60,195 nucleotides of DNA from Armatimonadota bacterium (lineage in GTDB: Bacteria; Sysuimicrobiota; Sysuimicrobiia; Sysuimicrobiales; Humicultoraceae): assembly GCA_052386995.1 (NCBI GenBank), contig JBQTJP010000107.1:1-60195 (forward strand), given 5' to 3'. Both the position numbers and the translations under genes were made by a program. Within the stretch, counting starts at the first letter, position 1. Each line of letters starts with the position of its first letter. The notes below the pieces were generated by a model that did not search any database, was not told where the DNA came from, and was given only the letters and a program-made list of their open reading frames with translations. Shown piece by piece: positions 9,980 through 18,751 of this stretch.

Positions 9980-10233
9980 CATCACATCAACGCCGCTCGC
10001 GTCCCACCATTCCCAGTATTCGGGCAGCTCCCCGCGCACCAGGGCGTCGGTGGCCATACGGCCATCTCCGCCAGGATGTCCGCGGGCGGGGCCGCCCGTC
10101 CGGTGAGTTCGTCGAGGCGGGCGAGCATTGCGGGGGAGAACACCGTGGGTTCTCCCGAGAGCGAATCGATGATCAGCGCGTCGCGATGCAGCATACTCGC
10201 GCGTGTCTCTTGCGGAGCCGAGAGTGTGGTCAT
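9980..10233 (-). pseudogene. remnant of the 5' end of an M19-like (membrane dipeptidase family) gene, frameshifted and truncated
   Basis: ATG 10233 opens MTTLSAPQETRASMLHRDALIIDSLSGEPTVFSPAMLARLDELTGRAAPPADILAEMAV. Similarity then continues in another frame (from about 10057) as MATDALVRGELPEYWEWWDASGVDV, and is lost. Only about 80 of an expected 330+ codons remain. The family assignment is from memory of similar N-termini. Confidence 0.45.
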
Positions 10234-10397
10234 CGCACCGTGTCCTCCGGCAGTATACCTCGGTGTCAGGGTGGCCAGCATGCCGGGATGACCGGAGCAC
10301 CTCGTGTAGCTCCCCTGTCCAAGGGGCTCCCTGCCGGTCGTAGTCACCAGGCCGCCGCAAGAGTACACTGAGTTTCGACGCCGCGGCGTGAGGGGAT

Positions 10398-10406
10398 TGT
10401 TATAAT
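10398..10406 (+). promoter_or_regulatory. extended -10 promoter element (TGtTATAAT) upstream of the HtrA-like gene
   Basis: TGTTATAAT lies about 90 nt upstream of the GTG 10495 start, in a 260-nt non-coding gap. Confidence 0.4.
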
Positions 10407-10494
10407 GAAGGCCGTTGAGCCTGGCGCGAGTTGCTGCGGTCTCCTCGACAGCGGGCTGGCGCAGAACGGCGCATGATCTAAGGAGGCATCCGGC

Positions 10495-11700
10495 GTGTCG
10501 AACGATCCTCAGGGACCGAAGGGAATAGGCCCACGAGGTCTGGCGATTTTGGGCATCTTGCTCGTCGGCGCCGCCATCGGAGCGTCTCTCGGGCCCGTCT
10601 ACGATCAAGTGGTCGGCCCGAGGATCGCCGCCGAGCCACCGACGGCCGCTGCTCCCGCCACGCCCCCGTCCGGCGCCGGTCCTGGCACGGCACCTCCGGC
10701 GATCGTGAGCCCCGCTCCACCGGCCGGCGCCGCGCCGCGTACCCTCGAGCGTGAGGAGAATGTGGTTGTCAGAGTCGTTCAGAACACCCGGCCGGCTGTT
10801 GTGAACATCAGTGTGCGTGCGCAAGTCGCGACCCCGTTCGGCGTCTTTCCTCAGGAGGGGCAGGGCTCAGGCGTCATCGTGCGGTCCGACGGGTTGATCC
10901 TGACCAACAATCACGTGGTCCAGGCCGCGCAGGAGATCAACGTGACCCTGCTGTCCGGCCGTTCGCTGCGCGGTCGCGTGCTGGGCGCCGATCGCTTCTC
11001 GGACGTAGCGGTCGTGAAGGTCGATAGCTCCACACCGCTTCCCGTGGTCGAGATGGGAGCGTCGAGCGCACTTCAAGTTGGACAGATGGCGATCGCGATC
11101 GGCAACCCGTTTGGTCTGACCAGCACCGTGACCGTAGGGGTTGTCAGCGCGCTCAACCGGACCATCCAGGCGGGACCGGACTTCGTGGTCGAGAACCTCA
11201 TTCAGACCGACGCCGCGATCAACCCCGGGAACAGCGGCGGCGCGCTGCTCGATTCGTCAGGACACCTCATCGGCATCAACACCGCGATCATTCGGGACGC
11301 GCAAGGCATTGGGTTTGCGATCCCCATCGACTTCGCCCGTGTGATCATGGACCAGCTCGTCGCCCGCGGGAAGGTCGTCCGGCCGGCACTCGGCGTGGAG
11401 ATTCGCGGGGAGATCGATCCGAATACCGCGCGCGCCTACAACCTGCCGGTCGACCACGGCGTCGTCGTGGTCCCGCAGCCGGGCGGTCCCGCAGAGAAAG
11501 CCGGCCTCCGCGCGCAGGACATTGTTGTCGCAATCGACGGCCAGAAGATCAGGAATATCAGCGAGCTGCGCCGCGAGCTCTTCAAGCGGAAACCCGGCGA
11601 CAACGTGCGCGTCGAGGTCGTCCGAGACGGGAAGCGATTGACCTTGACCGTGCCCCTGACCGAACTGCGCACCGGCATGCTGCGATGGCTGACCGCGTGA
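10495..11700 (+). CDS. HtrA/DegP-family serine protease (S1C) with PDZ domain
   Basis: The GTG start is preceded by an AAGGAGG SD. TM anchor (LAILGILLVGAAIGASL), Pro/Ala linker, TNNHVV (His), GNSGGAL (Ser), and a C-terminal PDZ (GVVVVPQPGGPAEKAGLRAQDIVVAIDG). Confidence 0.93.
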   Translation: MSNDPQGPKGIGPRGLAILGILLVGAAIGASLGPVYDQVVGPRIAAEPPTAAAPATPPSGAGPGTAPPAIVSPAPPAGAAPRTLEREENVVVRVVQNTRPAVVNISVRAQVATPFGVFPQEGQGSGVIVRSDGLILTNNHVVQAAQEINVTLLSGRSLRGRVLGADRFSDVAVVKVDSSTPLPVVEMGASSALQVGQMAIAIGNPFGLTSTVTVGVVSALNRTIQAGPDFVVENLIQTDAAINPGNSGGALLDSSGHLIGINTAIIRDAQGIGFAIPIDFARVIMDQLVARGKVVRPALGVEIRGEIDPNTARAYNLPVDHGVVVVPQPGGPAEKAGLRAQDIVVAIDGQKIRNISELRRELFKRKPGDNVRVEVVRDGKRLTLTVPLTELRTGMLRWLTA

Positions 11701-11701
11701 G

Positions 11702-13336
11702 GTGAGTCCGACACGTCCCGGCCGTGACGCCCGCCGCGCGGCCGGCCGCCTGTGCGTCGTAGATTTCTCCGATCCCACGCCGACGTCGGCGCTGGAACGC
11801 CGCATCAGCGATGATCACGTCGGCGGCGTCATGCTCTTCCGCAAGAACGTGGTGGCCCCGCAGCAGGTCGCCGCTCTGACCGCGGCACTGCAGACGATTG
11901 CGGCGAATGCGCACGCGGCGCCCGTGTGGGTGTCCATCGACCATGAGGGCGGCGCCGTGACCCGCTTTCCGGCGCGAGGCGCCAGGCACGGCACGGCCCC
12001 CGCGGGACCACGAGCGACGCCGCTGCCGTCCGCTATGGCCCTCGGCGCGACGCGGAACCCTGCCCTGGCCCGTGAGGCCGGGAGAGTGGCCGCCCGCGAG
12101 TTGCGCGCCATGGGCATCACACTCAATTGCGCTCCGGTGCTGGACGTCAACAGCAATCCGGCGAATCCGATCATCGGCAGCCGCTCGTTCGGCGAGGATC
12201 CCGCGCTGGTTGAAGCCATGGGCTCGGCGTACATCGCCGGGCTGCAGGATGCCGGCGTCGCCGCCACGGCAAAGCACTTCCCGGGCCACGGCGACGTGGC
12301 CGTCGATTCGCATGTGGGGCTCCCCCGGGTGGATCACGGCCTCGACCGGCTCTCGGCTGTGGAGCTCCCGCCGTTTGCCGGCGCGGTTCGCGCCGGCGCC
12401 GCGGGCATCATGACCGCCCACATCGTCCATCCGGGTCTCGATCCCTCCGGCGCGCCGGCGACGATGTCAGAGCCGATTCTCACCGGCGTCCTGCGGACCC
12501 GGCTGGGGTTTGACGGCCTGATTTTCACCGATTCGATGGGTATGCGCGCGATCGTGGATCACTTCGGCGTTGGGAACGCGTCCGTCGCCGCGATCCGCGC
12601 GGGCTGTGACGTCGTCCTGGCGTTAGGGCCGGACGCGCTGCAGGACGAAGTGTTGGAGCACCTCGCGCGGGCCATCGAGAGTGGCGCGATCCCCGGAAGC
12701 CGCGTGGCCGAAGCGCACGGGCGGATCGAGGCCGCACTCGCGCGGTGGGCGGGAAACTCCCTCGGGACGATGGCACCGCCTTCCCGGGGCAGCGCGGGCG
12801 ATCTCTCGTCGGCCGTCGGCACCGAGCAGCACGCCGACGTCGCGGCGCGGATCGCGGCCGCGGCCGTCACCCGTGTGCGAGACCGGGCCCGCGCGGTGCC
12901 TCTGAGGGGAGCAATCGGCGTCATCACCGTGGCTGGCGCCACTGAGGAGTGGGGACCTCCGGATCTGGTGCCTGCGCTCACATATCATGGTGCGGACGCT
13001 CGTGACCGTGCGGCATCCGACGATCTGTCTGATCTCGACCGCGTTGTCGTGGTCACGCGCAGCCAGGGCACGCTGCCCCCTGCACAGGTCACCGCCGTCC
13101 GCGAGCTCTACAGAAGGCTTGGCGATCGTGTCGTTGTCGTCGCCACCGGCGACCCGTACGACCTCATGACATTCCCAGAGATCCCGGCGTATGTCGTCAC
13201 GTACGGATGGGACGAACCGAGTCTCAGCGCCGGCGCGCAGGTTCTGCTCGGGCTCGCCTCGCCCCGTGGGCGCCTGCCCGTGTCGCTTCCGGGCGCCGAA
13301 CTCGCGGACCGCGGACCGACGCAAGGGGCTCATTGA
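11702..13336 (+). CDS. nagZ: glycoside hydrolase family 3 beta-N-acetylhexosaminidase, two-domain (B. subtilis NagZ/YbbD-like), no signal peptide
   Basis: 544 aa. GH3 N-domain motifs: GGVMLF, VWVSIDHEGG, VNSNPANPIIGSRSFGEDP, KHFPGHGD and IMTAH...FTDSMGM. An additional C-terminal alpha/beta domain is present. Confidence 0.85.
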   Translation: MSPTRPGRDARRAAGRLCVVDFSDPTPTSALERRISDDHVGGVMLFRKNVVAPQQVAALTAALQTIAANAHAAPVWVSIDHEGGAVTRFPARGARHGTAPAGPRATPLPSAMALGATRNPALAREAGRVAARELRAMGITLNCAPVLDVNSNPANPIIGSRSFGEDPALVEAMGSAYIAGLQDAGVAATAKHFPGHGDVAVDSHVGLPRVDHGLDRLSAVELPPFAGAVRAGAAGIMTAHIVHPGLDPSGAPATMSEPILTGVLRTRLGFDGLIFTDSMGMRAIVDHFGVGNASVAAIRAGCDVVLALGPDALQDEVLEHLARAIESGAIPGSRVAEAHGRIEAALARWAGNSLGTMAPPSRGSAGDLSSAVGTEQHADVAARIAAAAVTRVRDRARAVPLRGAIGVITVAGATEEWGPPDLVPALTYHGADARDRAASDDLSDLDRVVVVTRSQGTLPPAQVTAVRELYRRLGDRVVVVATGDPYDLMTFPEIPAYVVTYGWDEPSLSAGAQVLLGLASPRGRLPVSLPGAELADRGPTQGAH

Positions 13337-13353
13337 CCTCGTCTGGACGCCTG

Positions 13354-14478
13354 GTGATTCAGGCTGAGGACGTGATGGTCCCCGGCAGACCGGCGGGCTT
13401 TGTGGTCATCGAGGGCGACCGCATAGAGAGGGTGGAAGAGGGGTCGCATCCTCATCCCGATCTCGACGGCGCCGACGGGTCGGTGGCGGCGGCGGGCTTC
13501 ATTGATCTGCAGATCAACGGGGCGGCGGGGTGCGACTTTCTCTCTCCGATGCCAGACGGGCTCGCAGCCGCCCACGCCTATCTGCTGCGCACCGGTACCG
13601 TGGCCTACCTTCCGACGTTGATCTCGGCTCCCGAAGAGCGCACGCGTGCCGCGCTCGCATTCTTCGCAGAGCATGCCCGACGCCCGGGGGCTCCGCGCAT
13701 ACTCGGCGTGCACCTCGAAGGGCCCTTTCTGTCTCCCGCCCGCCCTGGAGCGCACAATCCACGCTATCTCCGCACCCCCTCTGTAGAATGGATCGGCAGG
13801 CTGCTCGACGATTTTCCGGGGTTGATTCGCCTGGTCACGCTCGCGCCCGAGCTCGACGGCGCGCTTGAGGTCATTGACATGCTCGCCTCACGCGGCATCG
13901 TTGTCGCCCTCGGACACTCCGATGCCACCTACGCGCAGGCGATGGCGGCCTTCGACCGGGGAGCGCGACTGGCCACACATCTGTTCAATGCCATGCGGCC
14001 GTATCATCATCGCGAGCCCGGACTTGTTGGCGCAGCGCTGGCGCATGGCGACACCTTCTGCTCGCTGATCGCAGATTTCGTGCACGTCCACCCGGCGGTC
14101 GTTCTGCACGTTATCGCCCTCAAGCCGTTCCACACGGTTCTTGTCACCGATGCCATCGCCGCCGCTGGAGTGGGAGCCGCCACGAGCACACTGGGCGATC
14201 AGACGGTCAGCGTGCGGAACGGTGCCCCGCGTCTCGCCGACGGCACACTCGCGGGCAGCATCCTGGCGATGGATCAGGCGGTTCGGAATGCGGCGGCCCC
14301 TGACGGCACACATGCCCGCACCGCGGTGGTCATGGCGACCACCACTCCGGCGGAAGTGCTGGGGCTCAAAGAGGGCGCTATTGCGCCGGGGAACCGGGCG
14401 GATCTGGTCATCCTCGACCGCAACCTGGAGGTCCTCGCGACGATCGTCTCAGGCCAGATCGTCTACCAGCGCCGCTAG
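13354..14478 (+). CDS. nagA: N-acetylglucosamine-6-phosphate deacetylase
   Basis: GFIDLQINGAAGCDF, GVHLEGPFLS, THLFNAM and HVHPA motifs. The N-terminal LVIQAEDVMVPG...VVIEGDRI aligns with the usual NagA beta-sandwich start. Alternative starts are TTG 13333 and ATG 13375 (the latter has a GAGG SD). Confidence 0.9.
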   Translation: MIQAEDVMVPGRPAGFVVIEGDRIERVEEGSHPHPDLDGADGSVAAAGFIDLQINGAAGCDFLSPMPDGLAAAHAYLLRTGTVAYLPTLISAPEERTRAALAFFAEHARRPGAPRILGVHLEGPFLSPARPGAHNPRYLRTPSVEWIGRLLDDFPGLIRLVTLAPELDGALEVIDMLASRGIVVALGHSDATYAQAMAAFDRGARLATHLFNAMRPYHHREPGLVGAALAHGDTFCSLIADFVHVHPAVVLHVIALKPFHTVLVTDAIAAAGVGAATSTLGDQTVSVRNGAPRLADGTLAGSILAMDQAVRNAAAPDGTHARTAVVMATTTPAEVLGLKEGAIAPGNRADLVILDRNLEVLATIVSGQIVYQRR

Positions 14479-14495
14479 TCGAGAGGAGCCACCAG

Positions 14496-15080
14496 ATGGA
14501 CGCGCTCAAGCGACGCATCGTGGCCGAGGGACGGAACCTCGGTCACGGTATCTTGAAGGTGGATAGCTTCCTCAACCATCAGGTGGATCCCCGGTTGATG
14601 GACGCGTGCGGTCGCGAGCTCGCCCGGCGGTTCGCACCCGCGCGCGCCACGAAGGTGCTCACCGCCGAAATCTCCGGGATCGCGCCAGCGTTCTGCACGT
14701 CGCTGGCCATGGGCGTCCCGCTCGTCTACGCCCGCAAGCAGAAACCGATCACGATGCCCGATCAGATCTACCTGACGCTCGCGCCGTCGCACACCAAGGG
14801 GTTGAACGTCGAGCTGATCGTCTCGCCGGAGTATCTGGGCGCGGCCGAGCGCGTGGTGATCATCGATGATTTTCTGGCGACGGGCCAGACGATTCTCGCG
14901 CTCGCGCGTCTGGCGAAGGCCGCGGGCGCAACGATTGTGGGCATCGGCGTTGTCATCGAGAAGGCCTTTGAGGGCGGCCGCGACGCGCTCGGTTCGCTCG
15001 GCGTTCCCATTGAGGCGCTGGCGACGATCTCCGACATGCGTGATGGCAAGATCGTGCTTGCCGGGGGGAGAGAGTCATGA
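14496..15080 (+). CDS. xpt: xanthine phosphoribosyltransferase
   Basis: 194 aa, collinear with B. subtilis Xpt: MDALKRRIVAEGRNLGHGILKVDSFLNHQVDP..., PRPP loop VVIIDDFLATGQT. GAGAGGAG SD. Confidence 0.95.
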   Translation: MDALKRRIVAEGRNLGHGILKVDSFLNHQVDPRLMDACGRELARRFAPARATKVLTAEISGIAPAFCTSLAMGVPLVYARKQKPITMPDQIYLTLAPSHTKGLNVELIVSPEYLGAAERVVIIDDFLATGQTILALARLAKAAGATIVGIGVVIEKAFEGGRDALGSLGVPIEALATISDMRDGKIVLAGGRES

Positions 15081-15271
15081 AGAGCACTTTCGAATCGCGG
15101 GAAGCCGAGCGAGACTATCTCGCGAATGTCAAAGTCGAACTCGATCGCTCCCAGACGAAGGCCGAGGTCATCGAGGTGTGGAAGCGCCACTATCTCGTGA
15201 TCGGCCACCGGAAGCTCGGCCGCCTGCTGCTCGGCCGGCCCGTCGAGGAGATGCTGAAAGCCAGGGAGTGA
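15077..15271 (+). CDS. small hypothetical protein (64 aa), translationally coupled to xpt
   Basis: The ATG overlaps the xpt stop (ATGA) and is preceded by a GGGGGGAGAGAG SD. Third-position GC is high and the composition is balanced and charged (KSTFESREAERDYLANVKVELDRSQTKAEVIEVWKRHY...). I recognise no family. Confidence 0.55.
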   Translation: MKSTFESREAERDYLANVKVELDRSQTKAEVIEVWKRHYLVIGHRKLGRLLLGRPVEEMLKARE

Positions 15272-15941
15272 CCGCCCGCGCGAGCGCTTCCAGCCCGTTC
15301 TGGTCGTCCAATTCCAGCCACTGAAGCATCACGCGCTGCACGCCCGACTCTGCCAGCTGTCCCAGGGCGTCGTCGGCGTACCGGGCCGCCAGCGGAAGGG
15401 TACGCCGCATCCCATTGCCGCCGACCAGGAGCGGCGGGCCCCCGGGCCGGTTCGGTTTGGGCAGGAGGACGGCCTCTCGCAGGCGATACTGCGAGCCCTC
15501 GAATGAGACCGGTCCATCGCTTCGAAGCAATCTGGTGATGACTTCCAGCGATTCCGAGAACCGGGTGAACCGGCCCCGCATGTCCAGCAGATCGAAGCCG
15601 TAATTCGAGTGCTCTCGCGCCTGCCAGCCCGCGCCGACCCCGAGGGTGAAGCGGCCGCCCGACAGATCATCCACGGCGATCCCCATGCGCGCGGTCATCA
15701 CCGGATGGCGGAACGATGCCGGGGTCACCAGCGGGCCGAAGGCGATCCGCTGTGTGTGACTGGCCAGCCAGGTCAGTGAGGTCCACAGCTCGAGTGAATC
15801 GAGATCCGGCGGGCTGGCATTCGTGAAATGATCGGACCGGTAGAGTCCGGCGCACCCCAGGCCCTCTACGGCGCTCGCGATGCGTTGCCAGCGGGACCAG
15901 TTCAACCCATTCTGTCCTTCTATCATGATGGCGATGTCCAT
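15168..15941 (-). CDS. LLM-class (luciferase-like) F420/flavin-dependent oxidoreductase, apparently internally shortened
   Basis: MDIAIMIEGQNGLNWSRWQRIASAVEGLGCAGLYRSDHF...GRFTLGVGAGWQAREHSNYG...LLVGGNGMRRTLPLAARYADD matches the Rv1855c-type LLM family. ATG 15941 has a GGAG SD. The region after ARYAD is much shorter than in homologues. The low-complexity tail overlaps the convergent small ORF. Confidence 0.75.
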   Translation of the reverse strand: MDIAIMIEGQNGLNWSRWQRIASAVEGLGCAGLYRSDHFTNASPPDLDSLELWTSLTWLASHTQRIAFGPLVTPASFRHPVMTARMGIAVDDLSGGRFTLGVGAGWQAREHSNYGFDLLDMRGRFTRFSESLEVITRLLRSDGPVSFEGSQYRLREAVLLPKPNRPGGPPLLVGGNGMRRTLPLAARYADDALGQLAESGVQRVMLQWLELDDQNGLEALARAVTPWLSASPRRAGRAAGGRASGGRSRDSGASTPR

Positions 15942-16039
15942 GGCGCTCCACATACAAATGCGCGTCGGGTCGACGCGTTCCCTCCAGGAAATCTCTCAGT
16001 CTATGTGGAAGCGACGCATGCGATCGGGGGGTGAATGAT

Positions 16040-16174
16040 CGGATGCGCCGTCATCAGCCGATGCTGAGTTTCGTGCGTGCGATGCACGAGGCCGGCAAGC
16101 CGGTCGCCTTCATCTGTCACGCGGGCTGGGTGCCGATCTCCGCGGGTATCGTGCGCGGCCGCACCGTGACAAGC
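16040..16174 (+). pseudogene. internal fragment of a DJ-1/PfpI-family gene
   Basis: Translation RRHQPMLSFVRAMHEAGKPVAFICHAGWVPISAGIVRGRTVTS matches the nucleophile-elbow region of PfpI/DJ-1 (..FVR....GKPVAAICHGP..L..AG...GR..TS). Homologous sequence is missing on both sides, so about 45 of roughly 170-190 codons remain. Confidence 0.55.
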
Positions 16175-16244
16175 ATTCTGCCGCGAGCTGATCGGGCTGC
16201 TGGCCCGCGTCAAAGTGAGCTGAGCGGGACGAGCGCACTGCCCT

Positions 16245-16724
16245 TCAGGGCGTCTGGTAGCTGATACCTCCCGACGCGTTGACCGTGGTCGTGCCGGATC
16301 CCATGTAGTTCTGGACCGTCACTGTGTACGCGGCCCCCGGCCGGCCGAAGGCGGAAAAGGTCAGCACCTGGCTGGTGGTCGCGGTGACCTGATCGGGCAG
16401 CTGGGTGTTTTCCACGAACCCTCCACCAGTCCGGGCGATCGTGTAGGCGGACGACCCCGCCGTGAAGGTGACGGTGTACGCGATCCGTTCCGACTTGGCT
16501 CGCTCCTGAGCCTGTCTCAGGTCAGATGCCACTTGGGTCGCCCCGAATCGCAGGCGCTGTTGGGCTGAGTATCCTTGCCAGCGCGAGAGGGCCAGCGTCG
16601 TCGCGACGACCAGGATGAAGCCGACGATCAACACTTCCAGCAGGCTGAAGCCATCGCCCCGCGCCACTGGCCGGCGCCGCTCGGAGGCGGGCCGCGGGTC
16701 TCTCACGGGGTGCCCTCGCGCCAC
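16245..16724 (-). CDS. prepilin-type minor pilin (GspH/FimT-like)
   Basis: Class III signal: ...ARGDG|FSLLEVLIVGFILVVATTLAL, then QVASDLRQAQERAKSE typical of GspH/FimT. GTG 16724 gives a 25-aa leader. In-frame GTG 16667 gives a classical 6-aa leader (MARGDG). Confidence 0.8.
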   Translation of the reverse strand: MARGHPVRDPRPASERRRPVARGDGFSLLEVLIVGFILVVATTLALSRWQGYSAQQRLRFGATQVASDLRQAQERAKSERIAYTVTFTAGSSAYTIARTGGGFVENTQLPDQVTATTSQVLTFSAFGRPGAAYTVTVQNYMGSGTTTVNASGGISYQTP

Positions 16725-18733
16725 ACGGGCCGGACGCCGGCGAGCGCCTGGTTGCCCTGCACGACCTCATACAGGTTCGTGGTGGGGAAATACGGCGGCG
16801 TGAATCCGCGGCTCATCCGTCGGTCATACCGGAAGTCGCGGCCGTACCCCGTGACCGGGTTACCGGTGTTCGGATCGAAGGTCCCGAAAGCCCCGTAGTA
16901 CTCTTCGATGATCCCGCCAATCAGGCGCACCGTACCCCGCGGGGATCCGACGTTGTAATTCTGGACGTTCACCGAGCTGTTGAAGCCATCTCCCACGACG
17001 CCCGCCATCAAGACGGCATGAAGGTCCAGATCGTTGGGCGCGGCGGTCGTGATCCTGATCTCGTTGCCGGCCGAGTACAGGCCCAGCACGTTGAGCGGGT
17101 TGTCATTGGGGTCGGTGACGACGGGCGGCCGCTCGTAGCGTAGATGGTTTGTGATGTCGATCCTGCCTGCGGTGACGATCGACGTCTGCTCGTTCTCCTC
17201 GAGCGTCCCGCCCAGCGACAGGACGTTCCCCTGAACGTAGATGATGGCGGCGTTGGCGTTTCCGGGGCCCTGCCAGCCCTTCGGGACGCCCGTAAACGTT
17301 CGCGTGGATGGTGAAGACCACGCCGAGTTCGTGACGGTTGTCGTCCCGGCCGCCCGGTTGACGGTCACCGTGACGGTCTGACCTCCCTGAACGAGCGTGT
17401 ACACGGCCAGATTGTTTGTGGGCCCGGAGACGCTCAACGTCAGGCTGTCCAGGTTTCCCTGGACGTAGATCCCACCCGCGAGGGCTTCGCCGGCATCAGA
17501 GATGCTGTTGCTGTTGCCATCGGCCACGGGGACGTAGATCCCTGTGGGCACGGAGCTGCTGCTGTCCGGCAGCTCGGGGATCACCTGCCGGATCTGCGAA
17601 TTGGTCACGGGAGACGTATCGGTGGGATCTCGCCCGACCGCGACGCCCTGCTGCACATACGGGTTGGTCGGCATCGCGATGGCGGACACGCCGCGCGTGA
17701 AGTTGGCCGGCGAGTTGTCGTTGTCGTCGGTGTAGGTCGTCGGCGTGCAGTCGGGGAGCACGGGCGCGTCACGGCGCACGCCGCTCACGACGTTTTCATT
17801 GGCAGCGAGCTGGATCGGGTTGTTGTTGTTGTTGTACCACGCGGTGGTACTGACACTGGTCAGCAGGGTCGAGGCGATCCTGGTGGGATCGCAGGGAGTG
17901 CCGCTGTCAGGAGTCCCGTACTTCGGAAAGAACGCGAACCTGTACTGGCCGTTGGTATGCACCGGGCCGTCGAAGCTCGTGCGGCTCGTAAACCAGATCG
18001 CCCCGCCTGCCGGCGTCGTGTGCACGTGCGTGAAGAGCGCGTAGCGGGCGAAGTTCTGCCTCCGCACGCGCAGGCTGAAGTCGCGCGAGAACGTCACGCG
18101 CCGGCGCGACTGGGCAGGCACCCAGGAATCGCTGGTGATGTTGTAGGTGTAGTAGTACTCGTACTCCTCAGCCGGCATCAGCTCCTGAATGTAGCGCTGC
18201 GGTGCGGCGGGGTTGGTGGGATGGGGCGCCAGCCGTCGTGAGATCACGACGGTGGCCGCGTACGTGCCGACCCCGAGCGGGTTGGCGGGCGCCGGTCCGG
18301 CCACCTGAAGCTTGCGATGGGGTTGGGCCAGGCTCCAGTTGACGTAGAACGTCGCGGAGCTCGTGGCCGGAGTCGCGCCCAACGTGTAGCGCATCCCATC
18401 AAGGACGAGGTAGTCGAACATTGCGAACGCGTTCTGGTTGGCCGCGACCCCATTGGCATACCAGCCCTGCATCGTCGCGCCGCCGAGTGACGGGTCGACG
18501 GTCGTGACGCCGCTCGGGTCGGCGTTCATCAGGGCCATCAGCGACGAGCGCGCTCTGACGGCCCCGGCCTCGGCGATGTACATGCTCTGGGCGCCGAGCG
18601 TCCTCATCGTGGTCAACCCGACTTCCTTGCCGGCCAGGTAGAGGACGAGGCCGCTGAGAATGGCCAGGATCAGAATGGCCGTGAGCGCAGAGATCAGGGC
18701 CAGTCCTCGCTGATCACTCCTGTGCCGCCACAT
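16703..18733 (-). CDS. large PilX-N-domain pilus-associated protein (676 aa)
   Basis: ATG with a GGAGG SD. The N-terminus QRGLALISALTAILILAILSGLVLYLAGKEVGLTTMRTLGAQSMYIAEAG matches the PilX N-terminal domain pattern. The remainder is Gly/Thr/Asn/Val-rich, beta-rich sequence ending ...GGIIEEYYGAFGTF...GYGRDFRYDRRM..PPYFPTT. Confidence 0.75.
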   Translation of the reverse strand: MWRHRSDQRGLALISALTAILILAILSGLVLYLAGKEVGLTTMRTLGAQSMYIAEAGAVRARSSLMALMNADPSGVTTVDPSLGGATMQGWYANGVAANQNAFAMFDYLVLDGMRYTLGATPATSSATFYVNWSLAQPHRKLQVAGPAPANPLGVGTYAATVVISRRLAPHPTNPAAPQRYIQELMPAEEYEYYYTYNITSDSWVPAQSRRRVTFSRDFSLRVRRQNFARYALFTHVHTTPAGGAIWFTSRTSFDGPVHTNGQYRFAFFPKYGTPDSGTPCDPTRIASTLLTSVSTTAWYNNNNNPIQLAANENVVSGVRRDAPVLPDCTPTTYTDDNDNSPANFTRGVSAIAMPTNPYVQQGVAVGRDPTDTSPVTNSQIRQVIPELPDSSSSVPTGIYVPVADGNSNSISDAGEALAGGIYVQGNLDSLTLSVSGPTNNLAVYTLVQGGQTVTVTVNRAAGTTTVTNSAWSSPSTRTFTGVPKGWQGPGNANAAIIYVQGNVLSLGGTLEENEQTSIVTAGRIDITNHLRYERPPVVTDPNDNPLNVLGLYSAGNEIRITTAAPNDLDLHAVLMAGVVGDGFNSSVNVQNYNVGSPRGTVRLIGGIIEEYYGAFGTFDPNTGNPVTGYGRDFRYDRRMSRGFTPPYFPTTNLYEVVQGNQALAGVRPVWREGTP

Positions 18734-18751
18734 AAGAATCCCTCCGGAGCC

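Noticed and set aside
9658-10371. 237-aa plus-strand ORF in the cyclase/htrA gap
   Set aside because: It is a Ser/Arg/Pro-rich low-complexity translation with no SD. The region is better explained by the frameshifted dipeptidase stub on the opposite strand.
14479-14495. Expected purine (guanine) riboswitch upstream of xpt, as in Bacillus
   Set aside because: Only 17 nt separate the nagA stop from the xpt start. There is no room for an aptamer, so xpt appears to be co-transcribed with nagZ-nagA.
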